Origin: an uncultured Candidatus Saccharibacteria bacterium
GTDB lineage: Bacteria > Patescibacteriota > CAZHWT01
Reading direction: 5' to 3'
Assembly: GCA_964597145.1 (NCBI GenBank)
Contig: CAZQWH010000001.1
Coordinates: forward strand, 102,441-166,440
DNA length: 64,000 bases
The position numbers and the translations under genes were made by a program. The notes beneath the pieces were generated by a model. It made no database searches and was not told the DNA's origin. It was given only the letters and a program-made list of their open reading frames with translations. Position 1 is the first letter of the stretch. The number at the start of each line of letters is the position of its first letter. Shown here piece by piece: positions 18,764 through 29,802 of this stretch.

Positions 18764-19675
18764 ATGCCTACCAACCAACGCCGTGTTGCAATTTATGCCT
18801 CGTTTGCCGCCAACATTGGGGTGGCCATCGCTAAATTATTGGCCTATTTCGCCACCGGAGCGACATCGTTGCTGGCCGAGTCGGTGCACTCAGTGGTAGA
18901 TAGCAGCAATCAAATTTTATTGCTAATTGGTAGCCATCAGTCATTGCGCCAGCCAACTTCAGCTCATCCACTAGGCTATGGTCGGCTGCATTATTTGTAT
19001 GCGTTTCTTATCTCTATCGCCCTATTTTCCCTAGGTGGCCTATTCGCGATTTTTCAGGGATGGGAAAAAGTACAGCATCCCCATCCGATAGAGTCACCAG
19101 CTATCGCCTATGTTATTATTGCGGTCTCAATGCTATTTGAGGGCCTGGCGCTGCGCACGGCACTCCACGAAGCTCGCCATTTTAAGCCACACCGCCAAAA
19201 TTGGCTAGCCTTTTTGCAACAAACAAAGTCTGTCAATTATGTCGTGCTAGCCTTGGAAGACACAGCCGCGCTGATTGGCTTAACCATCGCAACTATTGGG
19301 GTAACGATGTCGTTAGCAACCAATAATCCAGTCTGGGATGGGGTAAGCACTTTGGCTATTGGCGTTCTATTGATTGTTGTAGCCGTATTTTTAGGCAGGG
19401 AAGTCGTCTCCTTGCTAATTGGCGAGGCTGCCGATCCAGAAACCGAGGCCAAAATACGTCAAATTGTCCTAAAAGTAGACGACGTTGAGCGGATCATTAA
19501 TTTGCGAACAGTTTATGTTGGCCCATCAGACTTGTTTGTCGCGATGAAGGTTGCAGTTGATGGCCGCGACAGTGGTCGGCAGATTACCCAAGCTATAGAC
19601 CAAATTAAATTGCAATTGCGCCAATCTTTTCCGATTGTGCACCGGGTCTACATTGAACCAGATAGTGAAGATTAA
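18764..19675 (+). CDS. Cation diffusion facilitator (CDF) family metal efflux transporter
   Basis: Six TM helices, the LLAESVHSVVDS signature and a C-terminal cytoplasmic domain. Confidence 0.8.
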   Translation: MPTNQRRVAIYASFAANIGVAIAKLLAYFATGATSLLAESVHSVVDSSNQILLLIGSHQSLRQPTSAHPLGYGRLHYLYAFLISIALFSLGGLFAIFQGWEKVQHPHPIESPAIAYVIIAVSMLFEGLALRTALHEARHFKPHRQNWLAFLQQTKSVNYVVLALEDTAALIGLTIATIGVTMSLATNNPVWDGVSTLAIGVLLIVVAVFLGREVVSLLIGEAADPETEAKIRQIVLKVDDVERIINLRTVYVGPSDLFVAMKVAVDGRDSGRQITQAIDQIKLQLRQSFPIVHRVYIEPDSED

Positions 19676-20095
19676 GCGAAAATAGTTCTGCACTAGGGTA
19701 AGATTGCTAGATTGTCGGCATGCAGAGGGGTAATACATGGGCAGTAGAGTCTATAGAGGCAAAGGTGAAAAACTCATTCGCTGGCTAGCGGACCACAAAG
19801 CAAGACGTAAAAAGATGAAATGCGTACCCACCCCGCTTCATTCCGAGCTTCTGGCTAGATAAGTACACGCGTCTTGACTTATTCGGGTTTATTTCGGTAT
19901 GGTGTAATTAGCCTATCAGTAAGTACTCCCTGCAGTGGCATGGCGGTCAGCCCATAATAGGTATCGTTGCAAATCCGTTATCAGGTCAAAAACATCATGA
20001 AGAAGTAAGTAGACACATAAGTGTAAGTTCGGGGCTTGGCCAAGTGTTGGCGAAAACAATGCCTGGGTATTTTACTCTTGGGAGATACATGTCAT

Positions 20096-21928
20096 ATGCT
20101 CACAAGTGAAACAGTACTGCACAATTATTTTGGGTACGAATCTTTTCGTCCGCATCAGCGCGAAGCGGTGGAGGCAGTTTTGCGGGGTCAGGACGCATTT
20201 ATTCTCATGCCAACCGGTGGCGGTAAATCGTTATGCTACGCTATACCAAGCATCATCATGCCAGGAGTAACTATTGTTGTATCGCCATTAATATCTCTTA
20301 TGAAAGATCAGGTAGACTCTTTGCGTCACAATGGTATAACCGCCGCATATATAAATAGCAGTCTCAGTCAATCCGCTCAGCAGCATATTATTCATCAATT
20401 AAAACAAGGTGAGCTATCCATGCTTTATGTTGCTCCTGAAAGGTTAGTACAGCCACAATTTGTTGAGTTGCTAAGCCAGATTAAACTCAACTTCTTTGCT
20501 ATAGATGAAGCTCATTGTATTTCACAATGGGGCCACGATTTTCGACCAGAGTATCGGCGATTGTCTCTAGTGCGTCATCACTTTAAAAATAAGCCAATTA
20601 TGGCCTTAACCGCCACTGCTACCAATCGGGTAAAGCACGATATTGTGCAGCAGCTCGAGCTGCAATCCCCTCAAACCCTTGTCTCTAGCTTTTTCCGGCC
20701 CAATCTGCAGTACGCGGTTGAGCCCAAACAACAAGTTAAGCAAACTATTCGCGATTATATTACGAAACGGCCAAATCAATCCGGAATTGTCTATTGTCAA
20801 TCGCGAAATGGCGTAGAAAGACTGGCCGAATATTTGCAAAGCCATGGAATTAAGGCCAGCACCTATCATGCCGGCTTATCCGATGTAGACCGGATGGCGC
20901 ATCAGGAACTTTTTAAAGCCGATGAAGTCCAAGTAATAGTGGCAACCGTTGCCTTTGGTATGGGAATTGATAAGTCCAACATCCGGTTCATCTTGCATGA
21001 AAGCGCACCACGTAGCTTGGAGCACTACTATCAAGAAACCGGTCGCGCTGGTCGAGATGGCAATCCAAGCCAGTGCGTGTTGTACTTTAGCTCAGGTAAT
21101 TTGCAACTCTATCGTCAGTTTAATCAAAATTTGCCAGCCGAAGAGCAAGCCGTAGCCAATCAAAAATTAAACGTAGTCCAGCGCTATGCCTTATCTGCGA
21201 CCTGCCGGCATTATCAGCTATTGCACTATTTTAACGAGGAGCGACTCGAGGCATCGTGCCAATCCTGTGACAATTGCCTCCACCCACGCCAAATGTTTGA
21301 TGCAACAAAACTGGGCCAAAAGATATTCTCATGCATTGCCCGGCTCGAGCAACCATTCTCGCCAACCTATATAACCAATATTCTCACAGGAAAAACAGAC
21401 GACAACATCCAGCGCCGAAAACATCATCAACTATCCGTGTTTGGCATCATTACCGATTACCAGCCAGCTCAACTTCGCCAGATCATCTTAGAGTTGTCCG
21501 ATCAAGGTTACGTAACAATTGATGCCAATCATTACAACGCCGTATCGTTAACATTACGAGGTGTGCAAGCGTTGAAAGGCCAACACAACATTGAATTATC
21601 AGATCTTTATCTGCCTAAAAAACGCAAGATTAAGCCAGCACCCATAGCAGCTCGCGCTGCCGCAGCTTCATCTAACCAACAGCCGGTCCATGACCAGCTA
21701 TTTGAGCAATTGCGTAAATTGCGTAAGCAGATTGCCTCCGAAGAAGGCATGCCTCCGTATATTATCTTTGCCGATACCAGTCTGACCGATATGGCCGTAC
21801 AGTGTCCCACCACTTTAGCTGAGTTCGCCAATATTTACGGGGTTGGGCAACAAAAGCTCGACAAGTATGGTCGGCAGTTTGTGCGAGTCATTAATCAATA
21901 CTGCCAGGCAGCTCAGGCCACTAGATAA
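20096..21928 (+). CDS. recQ: ATP-dependent DNA helicase RecQ
   Basis: Helicase motifs (PTGGGKS, DEAH), the RQC zinc-binding region (CDNC) and a C-terminal HRDC-like domain. Confidence 0.85.
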   Translation: MLTSETVLHNYFGYESFRPHQREAVEAVLRGQDAFILMPTGGGKSLCYAIPSIIMPGVTIVVSPLISLMKDQVDSLRHNGITAAYINSSLSQSAQQHIIHQLKQGELSMLYVAPERLVQPQFVELLSQIKLNFFAIDEAHCISQWGHDFRPEYRRLSLVRHHFKNKPIMALTATATNRVKHDIVQQLELQSPQTLVSSFFRPNLQYAVEPKQQVKQTIRDYITKRPNQSGIVYCQSRNGVERLAEYLQSHGIKASTYHAGLSDVDRMAHQELFKADEVQVIVATVAFGMGIDKSNIRFILHESAPRSLEHYYQETGRAGRDGNPSQCVLYFSSGNLQLYRQFNQNLPAEEQAVANQKLNVVQRYALSATCRHYQLLHYFNEERLEASCQSCDNCLHPRQMFDATKLGQKIFSCIARLEQPFSPTYITNILTGKTDDNIQRRKHHQLSVFGIITDYQPAQLRQIILELSDQGYVTIDANHYNAVSLTLRGVQALKGQHNIELSDLYLPKKRKIKPAPIAARAAAASSNQQPVHDQLFEQLRKLRKQIASEEGMPPYIIFADTSLTDMAVQCPTTLAEFANIYGVGQQKLDKYGRQFVRVINQYCQAAQATR

Positions 21929-22044
21929 GCCATATGATCCAAAACTCAGACGAATAATATCTACTTGACAGGCAATCAAAATGGGCGTAATTTAACACAG
22001 TTAAATTACGAATTCTTGTTGACTACAAGGGCAAATTCCAACCT

Positions 22045-23811
22045 ATGGCAAAAAAATCATCAACAACTTCCTCCCCCTCACCAAAACCAGCTTCGGGACC
22101 CAATATTTTCTCGCTCTTAAAACCATACCGGTGGGTGGTACTTGGTTTAGCCATGCTGACCATTGCTGGTAACGCCCTAACCTTATGGGCACCAAAAATT
22201 ATTTCTAAAGCCATAGATGCGTACCTACAACAAACGCTAGCCCTACCCACTATTGCTTGGGAATTGGGCCTGCTTGGGTTTGGCGTGTTTCTATTGGTTT
22301 ATCTTCAGAATATTGTCCAAGTTTTATTATCAGAAAAAGTTGCTCGAGATTTGAGAACCAAAGTCGCCAATCAGATTTCCCAACAGGATTTTACTTATAT
22401 TCAAACCGTTACCTCGAGCCGTCTCTTAACCAGTCTTACTTCAGATATAGATGCGATCAAAAGCTTTGTCGCCCAAGGGGTATCCCAACTAATTTCCTCG
22501 ATAGTATTAATTGTTGGTGCCAGTGTACTGTTGTTGCTCACAGATTGGAAATTAGGTATAGCCGTACTCATGATTGTACCAATTATCGGTGGTTTTTTTG
22601 CCATTTCACTCAACCGAGTCAAAGCCTACTTTTTGCAAAGTCGTGAAGTAGTAGATCGCCTTAATCGAGTTATAAACGAAAGCATTCTTGGGGCAGCCTT
22701 AGTGAGAGTATTGCACATTCAATATGATGAACAGGCTAAATTTAATCAAACCAATGCGCAAGCCCGGGATCTGGGGCTTAAAATTGTTGGAATCTTTGCT
22801 AGTTTAATCCCGTTTATCGGCTTTGTAGCCAACATGGCCACTCTCGTTATTGTTGGGCTGGGTGGCCATTTTGTGATAAGCGGCGAGCTGTCTTTGGGCG
22901 ATTTTGCCGCCTTTAATTCGTACATTGGCATCCTCATTTTCCCCATCATTGTTTTAGGCTTTATTAGTAATATGATCGCTCAAGCCAGCGCCTCTTATGG
23001 TCGGGTAATGCAGGTATTAACTGCCCCTCAACCAACCGTTACTGGCACAATCGACACCAAGCTTGGTGGAGGGGTTGAGGTAAAACATCTCACTCTGACC
23101 TATGGCGAAAAGTCGGTACTTTCTCACATCTCATTTTCACTCAAGCCAGGCAGTCGCACTGCCATTATTGGCCCAACCGCAGCCGGTAAAACCCAATTGC
23201 TCTATACCATGATGGGATTGTTGCAACCAACCGAGGGTCAAATCTTATTTGACCATCAACCACTTGCCAACTATAACCCCGAGTCACTCTACCGCCAAAT
23301 GGGCATTGTCTTTCAGGACAGCGTCACCTTTAATATGTCTATTCGGGAGAATATTGCTTTTAATACCCAGGTTTCGGACCAAGATATAGCCAAAGCTATC
23401 GAAACCGCTGAACTGCAAACCTTCATCAACTCACTGCCGCGTGGCTTAGAGACAGTTTTGTCCGAGCGAGGTACAAGTTTATCTGGAGGGCAAAAGCAGC
23501 GCCTAATGTTGGCCCGGGCTCTAGCCCTTAACCCCGCCATATTGTTGCTCGACGACTTTACTGCGCGGGTTGATACTGCCACCGAAGCCCGGATTTTAGC
23601 CAATCTTCAGGCTAATTACCCTGGCTTAACCCTGGTCTCGATCACCCAGAAAATTGGCTCTATTACCGACTACGACCAAGTCTTGCTTCTTATGGAAGGC
23701 GAACTTTTGGCTGTTGGCACCCACCAGCAATTATTAAAGAAATCGCCCGAGTACATGCAAATCTTTGCTTCGCAACAGAGCACCAATGCCTATGAATTAC
23801 ACCCTGAGTAA
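22045..23811 (+). CDS. ABC transporter permease/ATP-binding protein (type I exporter half-transporter)
   Basis: Six TM helices, then Walker A GPTAAGKT, the LSGGQKQR signature and Walker B LLLDD. Confidence 0.85.
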   Translation: MAKKSSTTSSPSPKPASGPNIFSLLKPYRWVVLGLAMLTIAGNALTLWAPKIISKAIDAYLQQTLALPTIAWELGLLGFGVFLLVYLQNIVQVLLSEKVARDLRTKVANQISQQDFTYIQTVTSSRLLTSLTSDIDAIKSFVAQGVSQLISSIVLIVGASVLLLLTDWKLGIAVLMIVPIIGGFFAISLNRVKAYFLQSREVVDRLNRVINESILGAALVRVLHIQYDEQAKFNQTNAQARDLGLKIVGIFASLIPFIGFVANMATLVIVGLGGHFVISGELSLGDFAAFNSYIGILIFPIIVLGFISNMIAQASASYGRVMQVLTAPQPTVTGTIDTKLGGGVEVKHLTLTYGEKSVLSHISFSLKPGSRTAIIGPTAAGKTQLLYTMMGLLQPTEGQILFDHQPLANYNPESLYRQMGIVFQDSVTFNMSIRENIAFNTQVSDQDIAKAIETAELQTFINSLPRGLETVLSERGTSLSGGQKQRLMLARALALNPAILLLDDFTARVDTATEARILANLQANYPGLTLVSITQKIGSITDYDQVLLLMEGELLAVGTHQQLLKKSPEYMQIFASQQSTNAYELHPE

Positions 23812-25558
23812 CGCTCAAAACCAAATTAAGCTACAGGCTAAAACCTGGAAGTCGGTCAAAAAGATCTGGCCCTACATGCGCTCAGAAAAAATCTGGCTAG
23901 TGGTGTCGCTTGTGGCCATTTTGGCAAACTCTGGCCTAACCATTTGGGCACCAATCGTCACCGGACAGATTGTTGACCAATCAATTTTGACGCGGGATTG
24001 GCCAGCGGTGGTTCAGGGCTTAATTCTGCTGGTATCCATTTTTATAGCGACCGCCGTCAGTGGATTTGTGCAGACTCGAGTTATGGGAGCGGTCGGCCAG
24101 CGGATTCTATTCCGCTTGCGTGATGCCGTATTTAGCAAGTTGCAAGACATGCCAGTCGCCTTTTTTAACCAAAACAAAGCCGGCGATTTAATTTCTCGAA
24201 TTAACAATGACACCGAGAAGCTTAATCAGTTTTTCTCCCAAGCCTTAATGCAATTTATTGGTAACGTCTTTGTCATTGTTGGCGCAGGAGTGGCTATGAT
24301 CTGGGTAAATAACCGCCTAGGTCTAGCCTCTATGGTGCCAGCTGCCCTATTACTACTGCTAATTGTTGCAACTTCTAGCTGGATTAAACGAACTAGTTTT
24401 GGCAGTATGCAGGCCATGGGCGGTCTTAGCTCAGAAATTCAAGAAAGTTTAGAGAACTTTAAAGTTATTATTGCCTTTAATCGACGTGATTATTTTCGTC
24501 ATCGGTTTCTCATGGCTAACACGGCTAACTACCATAAAGCCGTCACCGCCGGAATTGCCGGTATTACCTATACTCCAGCTTTTGGCTGGGCTACCAACCT
24601 AGGACAACTGATTGTCGTAGTCTACGGGCTATATTTAATCTCAGTTGGCAATTTGACCTTCGGTTTACTTATTAGCTACTTGGCTTACGTGGCTCGGTTC
24701 TACTCACCATTGCAGCAGCTGGCGTCCATTTGGCCCAATTTTCAAATGGCCTTAGCTGGCTGGGATCGGATTTCAGAAATTTTAGCTCTACAATCGGACC
24801 TAGTTACGATAGATAGCCTTAAAACTAAGCCACGTCCAAACCAAGCTGCTATTGTGTTAAAAAACGTATCTTTTAGCTACACCCCAGAACATAAAGTACT
24901 CCATGCAGTTAATATATCGATGGAGTCGGGCAAAACCTACGCCTTGGTTGGCCCAACTGGTGGAGGCAAAACCACCACGGCTTCGTTAATCGCCAGATTA
25001 TTCGATCCAACTAAAGGCAAGGTGTTGTTGCACGGTAAAGATATCCGCAGCTACACCGACCAGGAGCGAACCAACAAAATTGGCTTTATTCTTCAAGACC
25101 CCTTCTTATTTGGCGGCACGGTGCGGGATAATATTTTGTATGGTAATCGACAATTACAGGCCCTCTCAGCTAAAGATTTAGCCGCCCTGCTAAGTAGGGA
25201 AGGGCTCGATGAAATTCTCCAGCGGTTCGATAAAGGCCTCGATACCATGGTGACCACTGGAGAATCTATGAGTCTCGGTCAAAAACAATTAATTGCCTTT
25301 GTTCGGGCTGTGTTGCGTCATCCAGATATCTTAATTCTAGATGAGGCCACTGCCAATGTTGATACCGTAACCGAAAAGTTATTAGAAAAAGTCTTGCAAC
25401 GGTTGCCCCAGCACACCACGCAAATTGTGATTGCTCACCGTTTAAACACTATTGCCAATGCCGACGAGATTTTCTTCGTCAATAACGGCACCGTCACCGC
25501 TGCTGGATCGCTCGACCACGCCGTTAAACTGCTCCAAGCCGAAGTCCACCAAAGTTAA
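23786..25558 (+). CDS. ABC transporter permease/ATP-binding protein (second half of a heterodimeric exporter)
   Basis: Walker A GPTGGGKTT, signature LSLGQKQL and Walker B ILILDE. Its start overlaps the end of the upstream gene. Confidence 0.85.
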   Translation: MPMNYTLSNAQNQIKLQAKTWKSVKKIWPYMRSEKIWLVVSLVAILANSGLTIWAPIVTGQIVDQSILTRDWPAVVQGLILLVSIFIATAVSGFVQTRVMGAVGQRILFRLRDAVFSKLQDMPVAFFNQNKAGDLISRINNDTEKLNQFFSQALMQFIGNVFVIVGAGVAMIWVNNRLGLASMVPAALLLLLIVATSSWIKRTSFGSMQAMGGLSSEIQESLENFKVIIAFNRRDYFRHRFLMANTANYHKAVTAGIAGITYTPAFGWATNLGQLIVVVYGLYLISVGNLTFGLLISYLAYVARFYSPLQQLASIWPNFQMALAGWDRISEILALQSDLVTIDSLKTKPRPNQAAIVLKNVSFSYTPEHKVLHAVNISMESGKTYALVGPTGGGKTTTASLIARLFDPTKGKVLLHGKDIRSYTDQERTNKIGFILQDPFLFGGTVRDNILYGNRQLQALSAKDLAALLSREGLDEILQRFDKGLDTMVTTGESMSLGQKQLIAFVRAVLRHPDILILDEATANVDTVTEKLLEKVLQRLPQHTTQIVIAHRLNTIANADEIFFVNNGTVTAAGSLDHAVKLLQAEVHQS

Positions 25559-25884
25559 ATGCGTAGTCTTTTCGTATAGCAACCAAGCAAATCGTAACCA
25601 GCCAGATTGACAAGCAAGAGTAGACTATCAATTAGTATAGACAGGCAGTAAATAATACAACCAAAACCGCATCGGGCGGCATAAGGCGCAAGGTAAGCGT
25701 ATGTTTAACCGTAAACAGTCTCAGAAAGATGGTAGGTGGCAATTAGGCTAGGTGTATTTCGAGACCAAAATAACCTACCCTAGCCAGGGCAATCCTCACT
25801 ATAAACTTAATACTACTAACTGCCTACGGTTAGACGGCATCCAACGTTAGCTTTACGGCCAGTATCGATAGTCTCGATAAGGTA

Positions 25885-26352
25885 TTAAAAGTCGGCAATC
25901 ACAATTTTTTTCATTTGCATCATCTTGGCAAAGCCACCTGGCTTAGCTGTCAGCTCGTTCATATTGGCGGGTACCACCTGCCATGATAAGCCATACTTGT
26001 CTTTGCACCAGCCACAGACTTCCGACTCAGGAACAGCAGAGAGCTTGCTCCAATAATAGTCAATCTCTTCCTGGTCTCTGCAGCTAATAGAGAATGAGAC
26101 AGATTCGTTAAATTTAAACTCCGATCCGGCATTAATAGCCACAAATCTAACTCCATCTAGCTCATATTCCAGAGAAAGTTCTTTACCAGCAAACTCTTGC
26201 TGAAAATCGGCTAAGCCTTCTTCCTGGCTTTTGGGGTAATAATCGGTTTTGGTAATTTTACTATTGGGGAACACCGAGACATAAAAGTCCACAGCTTCTT
26301 TGGCAACTTTATTAAACCATAGATTAGGGGTTATCTTTTGGGTAATAGGCAT
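25885..26352 (-). CDS. VOC/PhnB-like glyoxalase superfamily protein
   Basis: NLWFNKVAKEAVDFYVSVF is PhnB/3-demethylubiquinone-9 methyltransferase-like. Confidence 0.55.
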   Translation of the reverse strand: MPITQKITPNLWFNKVAKEAVDFYVSVFPNSKITKTDYYPKSQEEGLADFQQEFAGKELSLEYELDGVRFVAINAGSEFKFNESVSFSISCRDQEEIDYYWSKLSAVPESEVCGWCKDKYGLSWQVVPANMNELTAKPGGFAKMMQMKKIVIADF

Positions 26353-26621
26353 AATAGAACCTCCTTATTACAGTAAGTTATGACAATATTAGATTGCGGT
26401 TGATTGGCTGCTAAGGGTATATGGCGATTAATGTATGTACAACGTCAAGTATACATAGTCTATCGTAATTTATCCATTCAAGTGCAACCGTAGGTACCGT
26501 TTTTTACCATATGGAGATCAAGTTGCCGACTAGTATTTTACGCTTGCTTGATTTTTATCATTTCAGTAGGCATACTAAAGCCAGGTTATGTGTTACTGAA
26601 ATAACACCACAAGGAGGCTAT

Positions 26622-27704
26622 ATGCCAGACGAAAATCGGCCAGATCCGGAGAATAATCCCCAACCGATTCCTCAGGCGGAGGCTCAGCCGGTTGGTGTAG
26701 CGCAACCGCAACCTCAACCAGCCTCCACCCAATTACCGCCATCAGTAGCGACTGATAACAACCCAGATGTGCGACCAACGTCAAGGTGGTATCTCAGAAA
26801 GGTATTCCTGACGCCGGTAATTGCTCTGGTGCTAATCGGAGCAGGGTTATTTGCCGGGTGGCAGTACGTTAAAGCCCAACCACAATATTCAATGTATAAA
26901 ATTTATGAGGCAATTAATAACCGGGACTATACGACATTTAAACAATATGTAGATATGGAAAGTGTGATCGATACAGCCTTGGCAGAATCAATGGAGGCGA
27001 ATAAGTCGGGGGCTGACAGTGAGCTTGCTCAAGCTTTTATCTCTTTGTTGATGCCAGCCATGAAAGACGCAGCTAACACCGCAATTAAAAAGAGTGTAGA
27101 GTCTGGAGAGTTTCAACAAGAGTTTGCCCAAGATGGCATTATGGGATATGCCACTGCTAAAGTGGTGAGAAATGGCAAGGTGGCAACAATAACGTTGACT
27201 TCGGATAAAAAATCGACCGACTATAAAATGCGTGATATGGGTGGCTACTGGCAAATTTTTGAAATGGAGCTAGATAAGTCTACATTTGCCTCAATGGGCA
27301 AAGAAACTGAAGCAAAGACAATTAACGCGACGTTTGGTAAAAGGCAGTCAATCGGCGATGATTGGTTTATGACCGTTGGGGTGCCCCAAGTCTATCAGTC
27401 AACCAATGAATTTAGCCAGCCACAGACGGGCCATAAATATATGGCGGCACAAGTGCTATTCGAAAACACCTCATCCACTCCCAGCAGCTATTCGGTTTTC
27501 GACTTTAAACTCAAAGACACACACAATCAATCATTTAATCCTACTTACTTTGGCGGTAAAGAGCCAGAGTTGAGTAGCGGTGGTAACACAGTAGAGCCAG
27601 GCGGTAAGGAGCAAGGGTATATAACATTCGATGTGCTTGAAGATTCAAGCGTTCAATCGGTTATTTACTCTAGCGGAGAGGTAACGGTAGTTATTTCGGA
27701 ATAA
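26622..27704 (+). CDS. Membrane-anchored protein with Pro/Gln-rich N-terminus and DUF4352-like C-terminal domain
   Basis: RBS caaggagg, one TM helix, and a C-terminal beta-rich domain (YITFDV...). Confidence 0.45.
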   Translation: MPDENRPDPENNPQPIPQAEAQPVGVAQPQPQPASTQLPPSVATDNNPDVRPTSRWYLRKVFLTPVIALVLIGAGLFAGWQYVKAQPQYSMYKIYEAINNRDYTTFKQYVDMESVIDTALAESMEANKSGADSELAQAFISLLMPAMKDAANTAIKKSVESGEFQQEFAQDGIMGYATAKVVRNGKVATITLTSDKKSTDYKMRDMGGYWQIFEMELDKSTFASMGKETEAKTINATFGKRQSIGDDWFMTVGVPQVYQSTNEFSQPQTGHKYMAAQVLFENTSSTPSSYSVFDFKLKDTHNQSFNPTYFGGKEPELSSGGNTVEPGGKEQGYITFDVLEDSSVQSVIYSSGEVTVVISE

Positions 27705-27821
27705 ACGTCAGTACTATCAGTACCAACTCTGGCAGTAGCACCTACAGTATTCCAGGCTCCACCGTATAATCTGGAATGACAAAAAGGTATGGAGCAGGGA
27801 AGACCCCGATCTAATCTGGGT

Positions 27822-27958
27822 TGATCGCCACGCGGTTGCTTTCGCCAGAGGTGGACAGGCGTGATGACAGGAGGGATTCGAAAATCGTATATCAGGTTTT
27901 AGGTTTGGTGTTTCTGATTTCGAGCTTCTGAGTTGTTTCGAATTTCGTATTTAATCTT
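27822..27958 (-). repeat. Composite intergenic repeat, inverted relative to the 35790-35945 copy
   Basis: gatcgccacgcggttgctttcgccagaggtggacaggcgtgatgacaggagggattcgaaaatcgtatatc... is the reverse complement of 35790-35945 with few mismatches. Confidence 0.65.
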
Positions 27959-28079
27959 ACAGTAATCCGATCTCTCATCTCCCACCTCCTATCTAACCTA
28001 CTCCGTTCTGGTATAATACCCATACACATACCCACCTCCTTGGTGGGTTTTGTCGAATCTTAGTGGGAGAGCGTACAGC

Positions 28080-28379
28080 ATGGACATCGAAAATCTGGAT
28101 TGGAACAAACGCGAGATGCAACAAGTATTACTCGGTCTATCGAGGTCAACCAATGCAGCCGGGCAACTACGCTTGTTCGACTCGCATTCACGCGCCCGAT
28201 TACAATCCCGACTAGACACAACCATCGCCTGGATGAGTGTTTTAGGCTTTGCCGCCGAGGCCAGCCAAATTGATAAAGTGGTGGGGATGGCTATTAGTCC
28301 AGTCTGGCGGGTGGTAATTTCTTATCACTACGAGCCGTACCACTTTCAGCAACTACCGCTCCCTGGCCCTTCGCTCTGA
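28080..28379 (+). CDS. Hypothetical protein
   Basis: ORF only. Confidence 0.35.
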   Translation: MDIENLDWNKREMQQVLLGLSRSTNAAGQLRLFDSHSRARLQSRLDTTIAWMSVLGFAAEASQIDKVVGMAISPVWRVVISYHYEPYHFQQLPLPGPSL

Positions 28380-28455
28380 AGGGCCAAACTTTTTACCTAA
28401 CTTCCATTTCTGCTATAATTGGCCCGGCAATTTTGCACTCAACAGGAGATAGGCA

Positions 28456-28869
28456 GTGACAAACCAAACTCGCAACCAAGAGGCTGTGTCTGTTCTTCGG
28501 TTCGCAGTTGAGCAGGCCCTGCTGCTGGTCATGCAAAGTGACCGCCTTGCCTCGGCTGGAGCCGAATTGGGTTGGAGAGATAATCAGCAGGTAGCCCAAC
28601 TCACCTGGAATAATCCGCAAGGAGTGGACTGTGTGATTAAAGTACAACTTGGTCTGCCAGAGCAGACATCCTTGCCCAATATACGTCAGGTAACCTTGGA
28701 GGCTTATTATTATGGCACCGACTACCAGATCCTAGAGAAGAATCCTCAGGTCATTCAAGCGTTTAGTGCCACAGGACTTGTCTTGTTGCCCGAGCTACTG
28801 CGCCTGGTCGCCGAAGCCGACCAATGGACCGATGAAGATCTGTCAGCCGATCTGGCTTTGAGCTATTAA
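28456..28869 (+). CDS. Hypothetical protein
   Basis: ORF followed by a terminator. Confidence 0.4.
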   Translation: MTNQTRNQEAVSVLRFAVEQALLLVMQSDRLASAGAELGWRDNQQVAQLTWNNPQGVDCVIKVQLGLPEQTSLPNIRQVTLEAYYYGTDYQILEKNPQVIQAFSATGLVLLPELLRLVAEADQWTDEDLSADLALSY

Positions 28870-28903
28870 TATAAATAGCATCCAAAGCAATCTCACCTTT
28901 ATA

Positions 28904-28927
28904 CCCCGCCCAAGTGGCGGGGTTTTT
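28904..28927 (+). terminator. Rho-independent terminator ccccgcc-caagt-ggcgggg-TTTTT
   Basis: GC stem plus T5, and the same stem sequence as at 14306. Confidence 0.7.
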
Positions 28928-28980
28928 AGCTAGTAATGCTCCATTGTATTGGATTAATCAGTACCTGATATAATAAAGGC

Positions 28981-29514
28981 ATGAATAATTTTGCCTCCCA
29001 AATCCTCTTAAATCAACTCAAAGCTGCCCATGAAGTCCTCGAGCAAACTATGGACGGTGTGACTAACGAAGTGGCTCATTTTATGCCAGCCGGGAAAGCC
29101 AATCCGATTGCCGGAACCTATGCCCATCTAGTCTTTTCCGAAGATATGTTTCTCCACACCTTTCTCACTAAAACGCCAGCCTTAATGGATGCTACCTATA
29201 AAGGCAAAACCGGGGCTAGCCAAGTCCAGCCAACCGACTGGGTAGAGGCCTACCCTAAATGGCTAAAGGAAGTAAAGCTCGACATGAATCAATTCCACCA
29301 GTACACTAAAGCAGTTTTTGCTGCCAGCGAAGAGTATGTCTCTAGCATAACCGACACAGATTTAGACCAGGAAGTAGATATGAGCGCTTATGGCATGGGT
29401 ACGCGAAAAGTTAGCGATTTTATTGCCAATTTAATCACCGCCCATGCCTGCTCTATTACTGGTGAAATAGCCGTGCTCAAAGGAATTCAGGGTTTGAAGG
29501 GATATCCGTTCTAA
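28981..29514 (+). CDS. DinB/YfiT-like (DinB_2) putative metal-dependent hydrolase
   Basis: His-containing helices TYAHLVFSEDMFLH and AHACSITGEIAVL. Confidence 0.55.
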   Translation: MNNFASQILLNQLKAAHEVLEQTMDGVTNEVAHFMPAGKANPIAGTYAHLVFSEDMFLHTFLTKTPALMDATYKGKTGASQVQPTDWVEAYPKWLKEVKLDMNQFHQYTKAVFAASEEYVSSITDTDLDQEVDMSAYGMGTRKVSDFIANLITAHACSITGEIAVLKGIQGLKGYPF

Positions 29515-29517
29515 GTC

Positions 29518-29802
29518 ATGCTCGCCAAGTATGGATTAAAGTTACTGTTAGGTGTGGGGGTGGCAGGCCTGGGATATGTAGTCCACTACCTGCTGTTCCA
29601 AGTACCCACCTTAAAGATCTTGGCTCAAGCAGCACATGGGGCGTATAATCCCCGTGGGATATATGCTTGGCCAATTATAATTAGTGTAGCTTCAATCCTA
29701 TTCATTGCGGTCGGATTGGGCAAAGTGCGATGGCAAAGGCCCAAGTTGCGGTTAACGCCAGCAGCCAAGAAATCGGCCATTGAGAATTGGCCAAAAATAT
29801 AA
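29518..29802 (+). CDS. Small hypothetical membrane protein
   Basis: Two TM helices. Translationally coupled to the upstream gene. Confidence 0.4.
   Translation: MLAKYGLKLLLGVGVAGLGYVVHYLLFQVPTLKILAQAAHGAYNPRGIYAWPIIISVASILFIAVGLGKVRWQRPKLRLTPAAKKSAIENWPKI

Noticed and set aside
27865-27880. gggattcgaa strings resembling a tRNA T-arm (reverse complement)
   Set aside because: They belong to the repeat modules at 27865 and 35860, and no cloverleaf (acceptor stem, anticodon arm) can be built. No tRNA genes were confidently identified in the window.
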